Of a stretch of 64,000 nucleotides of DNA, positions 38,420-51,730 are shown piece by piece. Location of the stretch: assembly GCA_951406725.2 (NCBI GenBank), contig OX597814.1, forward strand, positions 216,504,001 to 216,568,000, given 5' to 3'. Position numbers and translations under genes: made by a program. The notes under the pieces are model-generated. The model was not told the origin of the DNA. It did not search any database and saw nothing but the letters and a program-made list of their open reading frames with translations. This stretch comes from Octopus vulgaris. Lineage: Eukaryota. The first letter of the stretch is position 1. Every line of letters starts with the position of its first letter.

Positions 38420-39483
38420 GTTTGTTTCATCACTACTCTCTGTCCATGCTGGAGCAGCACTGCCTTGAAAAATTTTTAGTCAAGGGAATCAATCTTAGTG
38501 TCCTTTGGCCTGCGCTAGGGAGTTTTAAGGGGAAGTGCAGTGGGTGCAAACTGGCCACACCCTTTAAGCACAAGGTTCATCTACCAAGGCCTAGCGAGCT
38601 GGGACAGTGACAGCGAGATCCTCAGGCCGTAGGTTTAAAGTCGGAGTTATCCTCTCCTAGTAGGGTTGCCAACCATGGCTGACGAGCCCCTCCTGCCAGT
38701 GCCATCCAAACCAAGGTGAAAGAGAGAAAAGGATCCATGGTTTTCAGTAGGCATACCTGGTTGCCTAGGCCGGAGTAGGGGCTTAACTAAGGAGACCCCC
38801 ACCTGGAGCCTTTGACTAAAAAGTCTATCTACAAGGCAGCAAAGCGAGACAGGGAGTCACACCCATTGATAGACAATGACAAGTAGACTAGTTCATACGC
38901 CTTTGCTTGGTCATTAACCAAACCGGGGTCCTAATGATCACGAAATTCCATTTGAGCCATTGACCAAATGGTTCTTCCGCCTCTTCTGGGATACAATGCC
39001 TCGGCTGAGACAAGGGACAGTGAGAATACAATATGTACATTTTATATACACACACAGAGTTTAAAATGCAATATATACACCATATACAGAGTTTAAAATG
39101 TTTTTTTAAAAAATGCAATATATACAATACACACACACACAGACACACATGCACAAAGCACTCCACACACACACGTTGTTGGATGGCCGTTGACTACGCT
39201 GTAGTTCTTCCGCCCTTTGATAAGTCTTATTTTTTGTGCTGCAGGGTGTCCAATAAACACCTGCCTCACTTAGCAAGCCTGGTGGGGTTGCCAGTTTAGT
39301 TGCCAAAGACCCGACCATGTAACAGGTTATACTGGACTACATGGTACCAGTAGCACTCAAGTGATCTTAGTACTTGTTTTAAAGTATGGTAATTATTCTA
39401 TCAGTCTCTCTTGCTGAACCACTAAGTTACATGGACATAAACACACCAACACCAGTTATCAAGTAGTAGTGGGAACAAACACA

Positions 39484-39490
<7 letters not shown>
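38420..39490. mobile_element. SINE-like repeat interrupted by an ~865-bp minus-strand non-coding RTE-5'UTR-like insertion (38500-39363)
   Basis: Target-site duplication ATCTTAGT at 38492-38499 and 39364-39371. Minus strand has GGCTCGTCAGCCATGGTTGGCAACC..GGAGAGGATAACTCCGACTTTAAACC. Confidence 0.5.
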
Positions 39491-39514
<24 letters not shown>

Positions 39515-41130
39515 TCATTTAATGTTTGTTGTCCATGCTAGCATGGGTTGGATGATTTGAGAGGAGGTGACATGCTGGAAGTTTGCACCAGGATCCAGTC
39601 TGATTTGGTATAGCTTGCTATGGTTGGATGCCCTTCCTAATGCCAACCACTCCAAGAGTGTAATGGGTATTTTTACGTGCTGCTGGCACAGTTGCCATTT
39701 ACGTGACACCAGTATCTGCCATGACTGCGATTGTTCTCTGCTTGATGGGTCTTCTTCTCAAGAATGACATAATGCCAAAGGTCTTGGTCATTGCCTCTGT
39801 GAAGCCCAAAACTCGAAAGTAACTCAGCCACTTTGTCGCCATGGGACCAATGCTCAAAAGGAACTCAGCCACCTTGATTCTGTGAGGCCCAACACTCGAA
39901 AGGAATTCAGCCACTTTGTCTCTGTGAGGCCCAATATTCAAGGTTGATTTTCTTTTGTGCCACCAGTATGGGTGTACTTGACTCTAGTCCTCTTAAGTAG
40001 TGCACATCGTCAAAGGTCTTTGTCTACAGTCATTGCTTCTGTGAGGTCCAAGTTTCGAAAATCATACTGGCTTCATTTCTCTCAAGCCTACACATGTCCT
40101 CGGCTGTTATAGCCCATGTTATGCTGCCATGCTGAATTGATATTCACACACAGGCAGCAAACAGCCTGCCTTTCACTCTGAGAGAGAAGCCCTTTGTTCC
40201 CAGCAGGGGTTGCAGCTCTCTGAACTTTGCCCAAACTAATCTTATTCTCACAGCAATGCTCTTGGAACAACCACCTCCACTACTGACCTGGTTGCCTAGA
40301 TACCAGAAGCTATCTACTACCTCTTTCTGTTGACTACCTGGCAGTCGACGAAGTCTATTTTCCACACACATTCAGCACTTATTACGCCTGTACAACTCCT
40401 ACATACAAAGGATAGTTTCTCTGTTAACATTCCTTTGATGTTGCTGCACCTTTTGTGTATCCAAAGCTTGCATTGGGTGCATCTTGTGAAGTTTCTACCT
40501 ACACCTTTTCTACAGACTGAGCAGGGCCATCTACCAGAAGGGATTTGTGATTTGTCTGCCTTCCTACTTACTATGACTTTGTTTTTGCTAGGTTAACTCT
40601 AAGGCTCTTTGATTCTAGACCTTGTTTCCATCACTTCCTCTCTAGTGCAAGTAGTGATTCATTTATAAGAGCAAGGTCATCAGCATAGAGGAGCTCCCAG
40701 GGGCAGCCTGTCTTGAATTCCTTTGTTATTGCCTGGAGAACTATGATGAACAAGAGAGGGGTGAGCACCGATCCTTGGTGAACCCCTACTTGCATCCTGA
40801 ATTTTTCGCTGTACTCGTTGCCAAACCTCAGCTTAGTGGTAGCATCCCTGTAGAAGGCTCGTACAGCTCTCACCAACCACTCGTCTATTCGTAGTGGCTA
40901 TGTTGACCACCAGATAAGGGATTGGGCACTCTGTCAAAGACTTTCTCCAAGTCAACAAATGCCATGTACAGGGGCTTATCTTTGATAGGAATTTCTCCTG
41001 CAGCTGTCTTACCAGAAATATAGCATCAGTGGTGCTTCTCCCTGGAACAAATCCAAACTGCATCTCATCTAGATTCTCTCCCAGATTAGTTGGGCTATGA
41101 CTCTCTCTGCAAATTTTGTCACCTGATCCA
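39515..41130 (-). mobile_element. RTE-type LINE 3' half with internal deletion (same family as 12672-15350)
   Basis: MQFGFVPGRSTTDAIFLVRQLQEK, GVHQGSVLTPLLF, LLYADDL, intact PHD-like motif, 3' UTR with ~45-bp repeats. Confidence 0.85.
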
Positions 41131-41219
41131 CGAGAGGTTTCAGTTTCTGTCTACCAAATCCACTCACAGGGCTTTGGTCAGACCAAGGTTATAGTGTCAT
41201 AATTACTATCAAATAGGAA

Positions 41220-42350
41220 TGAAATCCAAAAAAGTCCAATTTCAAATGAAAGCATACACTTGCTCCAATGTTCATTGATTCCATAGAAAATAATATGTAT
41301 GAGAGTGTCAATCTTGAGTATTCAAGTACTCCTGTTTGATTATTTCTGTCTAACCTTATTTTCTGGGGAAGTTAGTTTGGTGCAAAACCTGTATGAGTTA
41401 ATTATGTAAAGCAGTGGTCATAACTTGTTGAATTTCAAAGAGTGTTGCATGCATATTGTCTCTGCTTCTCTTTCAAGCATTTAGTTTTAGTGAGAATTTT
41501 TCGTAAACAACCATTGTACAGATATGTCATGCCAAACTGTATAGCAAGTTCCATTTGATGTGTGAAGGATGACAAAAGTAGAAGTTCAAGCATTAATGTG
41601 TGACTGATTCTTTTTCCGTAGTAAAATATATCTGTTGTGACTGTGGAGTTGCATATTTTTATGTGAATCACTGGGATTGGTAAGTCATTATAGTTGGTTT
41701 CTGTTTTGAATTTGATAGATGGCTGAAGAATGTTGAGGATGTTATTAAATATTCATAGATCGTTATTTGATCTATTCTAAAAACTGAAGCAGTCATCGAG
41801 GAAGGGGCTCCACGTTTCAATGGCATCTTTCTTGAAATTTTGGTCAAAAGCCTTTTCTACTTACTTGTATAGTTTTCCTTGTAAGAAATCCATAATGAGG
41901 TTAGCATATAAGGGTGCAAATTTCGTCCCCATTAAGAATATAAATGATGAGTCAGCATTTAGAAATAAATCTTACTTCACCCCTTACATGTAGGGGGTAT
42001 GACAAACATTTAGATACGTACATAGACACAAATTTCCAAATTCACTCTCAGAGCCTGTAAATGCAAACAGAACATTTGCTAAGAAGCAAAGGAAGCTTCA
42101 CTAACACTAACTGAAGAATGCCAATTGAATCATTCTCAAAGATGCCAATAAGGATGGGGTGATAGTGATTATAGAGAGGGACGATTACAAAGACAAAATA
42201 TTGGAATATCTAACCAACCAAAACTACTATAAGAAAGACAGAACATTAATTGACCAATACCCAGACTTCTTCACAGGTAAGGAAATTTACTTATGTAAAT
42301 CAGAAACTTAAGACTGTAATTTTTATAGATTACTCAAGATCCACAGAAAC
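41220..42350. mobile_element. Penelope-like RT fragments in inverted arrangement (minus 41220-41935, plus 41935-42350)
   Basis: Minus: MGTKFAPLYANLIM..WSPFLDDCF. Plus: ILKDANKDGVIVIIERDDY..FYRLLKIH. Confidence 0.7.
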
Positions 42351-43348
42351 TTTTGTTTGAAATCTCAATTTTCATAGAATTCCCATTTTTGTGAGGAGCT
42401 TCATTCTTGTTAGAAGACCCAATTTGGTATTATTCCGGGGGAAAGAAAATGATGTAAAACAATGTGATATTCTCAGCAGGGGAAAAAGAGGAACAAAACA
42501 CATTTTAACTGAATGTGAATACTGCGTATATGATGAAGGAAACACTGGCAAGTTACTTTTTCTTTTTTAAATCGTTAATAGGTTTAATGTGAAAGGTAAT
42601 TTAGAGAAAGAGAAGGAGGAGAAAGAAAGAAATTAGCAGAAAACTAAGAGAAATATAGTGTGATAGGTGAATGGGAATAAAACTTAAAGGCATGGAAATA
42701 GATATATGTAGTGGAAATGAAATGTAAGAAGACAGAGGTTGTATTTTATGGATTGGTAGTAATTACTTATAGGAACTAAAGGTATGTTTTTGCCAATGTT
42801 TGCAATGCTAAATACGTTCTGTAGACATATTTACAAGAGAATTCTCCAAGAACAGAATGAGATATAGTTCTTCGTTACAGAGCGGAAGACAAAATTAGAG
42901 ACAAATGACTGTGTGATAAACTTTCATAGATGAATGTATGAATATGTTGCAGTTAAGAAAATGTGTGAGCTAAGGTTATCTTAGGCAACAACATCATTCA
43001 ATTTCCATGATTATCATTATTATTATTATTATTATTTAACTGAACGAACAACAAAGAAAAGAAAATGTGTTCAACATGAGAGAGAGGGAGACAAACTTAT
43101 ATCTTATTAAATACCATTGTAAATTAATGGGGACTAAAGACCCTCCCCCTCGGTCATGAATGGCCATGGTATTGCACCTAGAAAGTTCCCCCCTGTCTAT
43201 TAAAGAATATTCTTCTAAATGATGGAATTGTATTGCTTCTTGGCATTGCAGCTGATAAATTACTGAAATTATATCACAGGTTAATTATATATATTTTGAG
43301 TAAGAACAATTGTTGGATTAAATATGTTGTATACTTTATTTATTACAG

Positions 43349-43528
43349 GTATTTATGGTATACCCATAGAAAAGGGAACCAAATGTACAGTAACAGCTAT
43401 AAAGGAATATCTTGATACTCACTCGAATTCTAAAATAAAACATATTTGTTTGATTGATATACGGAAGGAAGTAATCAGAGCTTTTAAGCTTCATCTAGAA
43501 ATGGTGTTTGGAATCAGTAAAAGCAGAG
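43349..43528 (+). CDS. Macrodomain C-terminal exon of the PARP14-like gene
   Basis: ttattacag|GT...AGAG|gtagga, 180 nt. Completes ISTG-IYGIP (loop 2) and encodes IKHICLIDIRKEVIRAF. Confidence 0.9.
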
Positions 43529-43699
43529 GTAGGACTTGTTATTTGCTTGATATTTTAGTGAAAATTTAAATGATTTATTTCAGTGGTTAATTAAGATTTT
43601 TCCTCCTTCAGTCAACTTTTATCTGATTCCTATTATGTATTATGGGCAGAGTCATGGATTTGTGGTTAAAAAGCTTCATTTCGAACCATGTTGAATCCC

Positions 43700-46600
43700 T
43701 AAAGGTTCAACCCCTCCTCAAAGCAGTAGGGTGGTGTAAAAGGGCAGTGTCAGAGCTATGCTGTCGGGAACTTTAGTTCCTGGTGGATTGGTTTGGCACC
43801 GAGCGGTATTAGGGCCGCAGACTGGCAAACGGGACTCTGGTGAAAATTCCAAGAGGCGTCTGATCGGCAACTGGTCGCTTTGAGGTCGTTCGGTCCCTGC
43901 ATCTGTGGAGACTCCACAGCAAACAACGCATCCCGTCTCTCAGGATATGCATGCAGGATATCGGGGACCACTTGTCAATTCAATATTCCCACAAAACTTC
44001 TATGAATCCTACTACTACCATGGCAATAAATACGAATACGAATTATCTACCTATGCAAACAATCAACAAACCTCAAACTGCTATGGCCATTCAAACTACT
44101 CCTGGAGTATTCCTGATCTTTAAATGTAGGACAGAACTGAAGGTACCATGCAGGAACATCAGAACCCTTCGCGACAACGGTGTCCAGTCGCTAACAATGA
44201 AGGCTTTGCACAAGTATTATGTGAATGTTGCTTGCCTTTCAGAGGTCCAACTCGCTGATGTTGCCCATCTTCCTATTAAGGTGCCGGGCGAGGATGTCAG
44301 TTATCACCTATATCATAGTGGCGTGACCGACAACAGTGGTCTTCATAGGGTTGCTGTGGCGCTCAGCCCTGACGTGCAAGCGGCTCTGCTGGCGTGGCAA
44401 CTGATCTCACACCGACTTGTGCTGGTTCGATTGAGGTGTAAAATCGCCAATGTCGTGAGATTGCTGTCTACATGCCCACTCTTCGTGCAGACGATGCGGA
44501 CGAGGTGCAGTTCTATACTGATCTCCAGGCTGCCGTGGATGGTGTTCCATCCAGTGATGTTCTCATTGTTGCTGGGGACTGGAATGCACGAACAGGGCCG
44601 GCTGATGATACAATGCGACATTTTCTGGGACGCCATGCCGCTGTGACAATGGTGAACAGCTCATATCCTTCGCAGATGCCAATTGTCTCATTGTTACTAA
44701 TACCCGGTTCCAACATCCTCTGCGCCATCTCGTCACTTGGCGGTCCAATGGTGGGAGAACAGCCAATTAGATCGATTACATACTGGTTTAGGTCCGGCTC
44801 GGCTAGCTCAGTGGTGGACGCTCGTGCATATTGCGGGACTGATACGAGCAGCGAGCATGGGTCTGACCATACTCTTGTTCGGGCAACCCTTCGTTTGCAG
44901 ATGCAGGAAAAATCTCCTCCTAACCATAAGAAGAGAATTGACATCTTGCAACTCAAACTCAATGCTGGCAATGGTTTCCAGTTGGAGTTGTGGAGCGAAT
45001 TCCAGTTGCTTGGTGACGTGGTGGAACAGCAGCTGGAGGAGGAGTGGCACGCGCTGAAGGAGGTGAGGTGACAGTTGAGGTGGCCTGAAAACACCTCTGG
45101 CCTACTCGCCGCCGTCATAGGGACTGTATCTCCGGCGACACTCTTGAACTCGTGGAGAGGGCTAGGGTGGCTCGGCGTGAGGGGGCGCCAAATCTGCGAG
45201 ATCTCCAACGTCAAGCCTCTCGGGCCATCTGGACCAATCGAAATGCAGACTAGCATGCATAACCGGGTTAGATGGAGAGAGCAGCCGCATGCGACCATGA
45301 AAGCTTTACAGACTAGTGAAGCAGGCCAGCTGTAGCAATCTGGGTGTCAGTGAGACGATCTGTGATCGGAACAGTGTGGTCATTACCAACCTCAATGAAT
45401 GGCTGCGCCACCTGCCTCCATCTACGACAACCGACGCGCAGCCGCCTGGAGAAGAGTACGGGTGCAACTCTGCCCCTTCAATCGCTGAGGAGATGCGCGG
45501 TATCCTGAAAAATCTCCGGAACAACAAGGCCCTTGGTGAGGACAGTGTCCCAGCTGAGATCTACTAGGCCAAGCCTGATGTCTTTGCAGCCTGGCTCCAT
45601 CGTGTCTTCTGTGCTGTGTGGGTGATGGAGCATTTTCCTGATGACTGGAGTGAGGCAACTCCTTTACCTTTCTTCAAAAAAGGTGATAGAAAGCTGCCTC
45701 CAACTATAGAGGCATCAGCTTGATCGATGTGGCTGCCAACATGTTTGCAATTCTTCTTCTAAAGAGGATCCAGGCCATCCGTAATGTCTGTACTCGTCCT
45801 TCTCAGGGTGGCTTCTTTCGCGGGAGAGGGTGTGTTGATCAAATCTTCAGTCTCCGGCGAGTCCTGGGACAGTGGTGGGTGCACCAACAACCTACCGTTC
45901 TCTGGTTCATCGATTCTGCGGCTGCCTTCGACTCGGTGGATCGAGAAGCCCTCTGGCGTATTATGCAGGCAGACGTTATCCCTGTGAAGCTGCTAAACCT
46001 CATACAGGGCTACTAACATTCAACGAGGGTTCATGTGAGGGTCTATGGTGGGATGACGGAGTCGTTTTATGTCACTACCGGTGTTCAACAGGATTGTGCG
46101 CTCTCGCCAACCCTATTCAATTACGCCATTGGTTACATTCTCAACACTGTGCTTCGTGACTACCCAGGCATAGAGGCTGGGAGAGGAGTCGTGGTAACGG
46201 ACATGGCCTATGCAGATGACATTGCACTCTGGGGCACTAACTGGGCAGATGTCCAAGTTGCTCTCGAAAGGGTGCATGCATCAGCTGTTGGTCTTCGGAT
46301 CAATACTGGCAAAACCAAAGTGATGAGGTCTCTGGTCACAGCAGATGAATGGCAGGCAATCGTTCTCAAGGGCATGGAGCTGGAGGATGTGGATTCCTTC
46401 ATCTACCTGGGTTCAACGGTGATTCCAACGGGCCAGGGCGCAGCCAAATTCGAGCATCACATAGGCGCTGCCAGATCCGCATTCATGCACCTCCAGCGGT
46501 GCCTGTGGGACAGAAGAGAGATCTCCTTGGTGACCAAAGGGCGAATCTACCAGGCTGTTGTTCATACTGTCCTCCATTATGGTTGTGAAACATGGCCTAT

Positions 46601-47080
46601 GAGGGCAGTCGATCAGCAAAGGCTGGAGGTGTTCGACAGTGATTGTCTCCGTTGCATTCTTCACTACCGACACATTGATCGAGTTCCTACAGCCGGTCTT
46701 CGTCATCGCCTGATTCTCCCACCCCTCCCTTCGGTGCATCTACAATGGCGATGAAGGTGATTCAGTCATGCGGCCCAGTCTCCAGAGAGTGAGCTGATTC
46801 GCGATGTCTGCCTCCCACCACCACTACTCAGCTGGCACAAATGCATGGGCGGGCACGTGAAGACCTGGGCAACCACGTTAAAGGAGGACCTCTCTGAACT
46901 GTCAGGTACGCAGGTCAGGTGATCGGTCTGTGCAGATGGAACCATGAATGGCTCGCTATTTCCAGTGACCTCGCACAGGACTGTCAAGTGTGGCCTGCCA
47001 TGGTTCGTGATGCCGTTAGGACCAGAGAAGAAGCCGGCTCAACCCGCCCTGGGTGAATGCCGTCACAAGTACAAGTAAGT
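43700..47080 (+). mobile_element. Apparently full-length, decayed GC-rich RTE-clade LINE inserted into a SINE (SINE halves at 43645-43699 and 47081-47470)
   Basis: 12-bp TSD ATGTTGAATCCC (43688-43699, 47081-47092). APE motifs VACLSEV, VAGDWNAR, GSDH. RT motifs GVQQDCALSPTLFN, MAYADDI. Tail ACAAGTACAAGTAAGT. Confidence 0.9.
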
Positions 47081-47649
47081 ATGTTGAATCCCAATGTAAG
47101 GCAACTCAAGCAAATATCTTCTAGTATGGCCCTGAGCCAACAAAAGCCGTGTAAACTGGTTTGGGAGATAGAAACTGATACAAGGGACCCTCATATATGT
47201 ACTGTGTGTGTGTGTGTGTGTTTGTACTCTTGTCTTGACATCATGTGATGGCTGTAAACGAGCATCCCCAGCATACAAGTGAGGTTGTTTGTTTCCTGTC
47301 TTCTGTGGAAACCACGTCTGGCCAGGGGGAATATTACCTTGCTTGGAAACAGATGAGGGTCAGCATCAGGAAGAGCATCAAGCTATAGAAAGTCTGCCTC
47401 AATAAACTAATCTCACCCATGCAAGCAGGGAACAATGAATGTGAAAACAAGGATGATGATGATGATGTTTAATTTATGGCTGTTGATAAAATATTCTTGT
47501 CTCACTCTGTGATTCCCTAACAAAGGATAATTATAATTATTTATCTGATACATTGTAAACATGACTATTGTTCATATTCTAATTAATATGAAGGTATAAA
47601 GTGTCCCCACACCCCACAAATAAACAGACATTGGAGAGTTATCAAATAG

Positions 47650-48415
47650 TTGGATCAGGTGATGAAAGTCATGGAGAGGGTCATAGCCCAAATAATTAGG
47701 GAGAGAGTTAGTTTAGACAAGATGCAGTTTGGGTTTGTGCCAGGGAGTAGCACCACTGACGTTATATTTCTGGTAAGACAGCTGCGGGAAATAAACCTCT
47801 GTACCTAGCCAAAGGTAGACCTCTTTACTTGGCCTTCATTGACATAAAGAAAGCTTTTGACAATCCCTTATCTGGAATGGTGCACAAGAGGCATCAGATG
47901 TGGTGTGCAAGAGAGAAGACTGCACTGTGGAGGGGACATGTGGAAGAGATAGACCCAAGATAGACAAGGGATGAGGTGGTGAAGCACGATCCTCAAACAT
48001 TGAGCTTCATGGAGGCTATGACTAGTGACTGAGACCTTTGGCAATATTCTGTGCTTAAGAAGACCCATCAAGCCAAGTGAAATTGTAGTTGTGGCTGATG
48101 CCAGTGTTGCACAAAAAGTACCTTACAAACTTTGGTCCACACAGAGATGATAAGTTGCTGAGACCTCTGGCAATTAACCATGCTTGAGAAGACTCATCAA
48201 ACCAAATGAAATCGCAGACGATGCTGGTGTCACCTAAAAAGCACCCATTTCACTCTTGAAGTGGTTGGCATATGGAAAGGCATCCAACTGTAGAAACTGT
48301 GTCAAATCTGACTGGAACCTGGTGCAGCTCTCCAGCCTATCAGTTTCAGTAAAGCCATCCAACCCATGCCAGCATGGAAAGTGGATGTTAAATGACGATG
48401 ATTATGATGATGATT
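47650..48415 (+). mobile_element. Internally deleted RTE-type LINE remnant with (GAT)n tail
   Basis: LDQVMKVMERVIAQIIRERVSLDKMQFGFVPG joined to 3' end sequence like 14700-14950. Confidence 0.75.
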
Positions 48416-49389
48416 TATATTTTCTACTAATCATTCTTTAAAGAGAAATTTCTTGAAATAAGTGTTTTATTTTCTTACGTCCAATAATGTCGAACCAAGA
48501 GTTATAGCGTTGGCTGGCTCTAAAGTATTTACGAGAGGTCATTTAGCTCTGGAAGCCTTCTTCAACTGAATAACCAAGTTTCTTTCCTTGAACAGGTTAC
48601 CCTGTTAGAAATTACTTCTCACATGACCATCAGCCTGAGTCATGTGATGTGGTAAGCAGGTAAATTGTGTGAAGCAGACAACATTGCCATATGAGTGATA
48701 TATACATGAAAGAAAAATTACAAGAAAGGTTTTAAAATGCACCATATATACATACATACATATTTATATATATATATATATATATATTGATTAACCCTGG
48801 CTGTAAACACGATTCTCAGAGGATGAAAAATTTCAGATAAAAGATTTTAAGCTTTCAACTTGCTCCTCGTTTCATTGTATTTTTGCGAGTATTATCATCA
48901 TAGACCCTTATTACTTTCTCGCTATTCTGTCTTTTCGTCTTACAGTCGATGTCTTTTCGTCTTAAACCCTAGGTCACGCACTTTCGTAATTTGCAACATA
49001 GTCTTTCACTCATGAAAATTTATCACACGATCACACAGTCTTTCGTCTCTAATTTTGTCGCTCATCTTGTCTTTCTCCCTCACTTATCGGCTATCATTCT
49101 GTCTATTTAATTCCTACCCTATTTGCCTATCTACCTGTCGGCCTTTTCTGTCTCTTAATTCCTAGCCCATGGTTGCCAGTTCGTGGAGGTACCTAAGCAC
49201 TCCCACCCTTTCCACCTGTACCGAAAGTCCCTATCTCGTCTTCCTTTGCTTGTCTCCCATGAACTCCTAAAGGCCTTACGCCAACACCACCCCTACTATA
49301 TAAGGTAGTGATAATACAGTGCAAAACATGATAGTTTAGTGTAAGCAGGTTGAACTTATTAAGATCATTGTTTGCTTATGAATTCTGCC

Positions 49390-50418
49390 AAATGCGAGCT
49401 CTCTTTTCAGGTACATGACGCCACTAACCCCCGTCCCAGGGTCTCTAGGGCCCATACCTCCCACACCCTCAGGGTTGGCACTCTCAACATCTGCACACTG
49501 AAAGGTAGGTCTGGTGAGATTGTTGAGATGCTTGAATGGAGATGTGTCGATATGTGCTGCATCCAAGAGGTAAGGTGGAGAGGAGGTTCTGCTAGGTTCC
49601 TCAAAGGCAAAGAACACAGGTACAAGATTTTCTGGGCAAGGAACACTGACGCGGTTGAGGGTGTGGGTAAACTTCTTGTGGAGAAATGGGTAGATAAAGT
49701 AACTGAGGTAGTCAGAGGATGCGACAGAATACTTATGATTAGATTAATGCTTCATCATGGGTTAGCAACCATTATCTCAGCCTATGCCCCTCAGTCAGGG
49801 CTACCCGATGGACAGAAAGACCGATTTTATGACATCCTCTTGCAGATTACCGCATTGACGAATGACAGGAACCTTCTCTTTGTGGCTGGCGACTTCAATG
49901 GACATGTTGGACAACATGTCAGGAGCTTCCATGGTATACGTGGAGGCTATGGTTTTGGCTCCTGCAATGAGGAGGGAACCAGGCTGCTGGAGTTCTGTGA
50001 TGAAATTGATCTTATGGTTTGCAATACTAACTTCAGGAAACCTGCCAGCCACCTAGTCACCTACCGCTCTGGCAGACACACTAGTCAGATCGACTACATC
50101 CTCACCAGAAAAAGGGAAAGATGGCTGCTTATAAATGCCAAAACCTTCCCAGGTAAAAATGTACTCCACAATATAGACTAGTAGTTAGTGACTTCAGGAT
50201 CAGGGCTAAATGGATGCCCAGAAGAGGACCAGCAAGGAGAAGAAGGGTCTGGAGACTTAAAGATCCTGCAAATGGACAGAGATTTAGAGACATATTACTC
50301 GAAGCCTTTGACTAAATAGAAGGGGATGTAGCTTCATATGATATAGAAGACAACTGGAGGTTCCTACAGGACAACCTGCTAAGGGCCACCAACCAGATCT
50401 GTGGATGGTGCAAAGTCT
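49390..50418 (+). mobile_element. RTE-type LINE AP-endonuclease region
   Basis: ORF 49372-50181: LRVGTLNICTL, CCIQEVRW, ISAYAPQ, AGDFNGHVG, SQIDYIL. Confidence 0.88.
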
Positions 50419-51050
50419 AAGATTTTCAGTAATTTTATGGAATGGTTGGGTTTTACCCGTTACTAAATTAATGTTAACATCTAAATAATTAACATTATAG
50501 TTCACATTATATATAGTAATACTTAAAACATTTCTTTTGAAGAAATTATAAAGTTTCTTTTTATATAATTCTAACTTTCTATTAGTACAATTTTTTAAAA
50601 TATACTAGTTTTTATTTTAATATAATGTTTATGTTTAACTTTTTATCGTGTGATATATTAAATCTATAGATTTTATACATGGATATTAATATAACAAATT
50701 TATATAATGGATTTTAGTGTATTTGTACTTTTTCAAAGTTTTGATTGTATTTTCATGAATGAAATTAATTGAGTTGATTAATTAGACGTTTATCCTTTTA
50801 AAATCTAGATAGATTAACCAGAATCGTTGAACTTAGTAATTTAGTTTGCTTATCAATATTAGTTAGTTCTTGCTATTATTTTGACTTTGATCGTTTTTAT
50901 TATTGTTAATGTTATTGATTGGTTTGGTAGAGGACTGGTGATTGTGATTGTACATCTTCATAGTGTATTGTTCTTTGGTTTGAATATTTTAGCACCTTTC
51001 TTTAATTTGGGGTTGATAGGTTTCTTACTTTCCATTAACATATTATTCTC
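50419..51050 (-). mobile_element. Decayed Penelope-like fragment
   Basis: VNYLDVNINLVTGKTQPFHK resembles a PLE RT C-terminus. Confidence 0.5.
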
Positions 51051-51052
51051 GC

Positions 51053-51113
<61 letters not shown>

Positions 51114-51428
51114 TATATGTTATATAATATATTATATTATTTATTGACATATAGAGGAATTTGTATTTGTAATACTAAATTGAAGTTACTTAGGTATTAT
51201 ATAATTTGATATTTAGTCTATTTTGTTATAGTTTGTAATATGAAATCTATAGATACTACACATGTATATTTATTATATTAGCTTATGTAAGGAGTTTGTC
51301 TATATTTGAAACATTTCTTATTTTGATTACAATTTAATGACTTGTAATAGCTTTGAGTATTTTATTTAATTTTATAGTATTTAATTATTGAAGTATTATT
51401 TTATTTTTCAGTTATGTATATTTAGAAT

Positions 51429-51473
<45 letters not shown>

Positions 51474-51486
51474 TATATACATATAC

Positions 51487-51547
<61 letters not shown>

Positions 51548-51730
51548 TACATATAGTTGCAAATTGAGATAGGGGTTGTAAGTGCAACCCTCTATGGGAT
51601 AACGTATATCCAATATACTGCTAGTGAAGTACCTAACAAAGTTAATACATAAATGTTAACGATTGCGATGCAATCAATTCATTTACTGTATTATATGGGC
51701 AAAGGTAAAATGATTTACCACAAATTACTA

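Noticed and set aside
44513-45298. 261-aa antisense ORF
   Set aside because: Shadow frame of a GC-rich decayed RTE with no recognisable motifs.
49395-49415. Strong splice acceptor (ctctcttttcag|GT) before the RTE APE ORF as a macro-APE fusion exon
   Set aside because: No transcript evidence, and the downstream ORF frameshifts and stops at 50181; it may be an intrinsic feature of the element.
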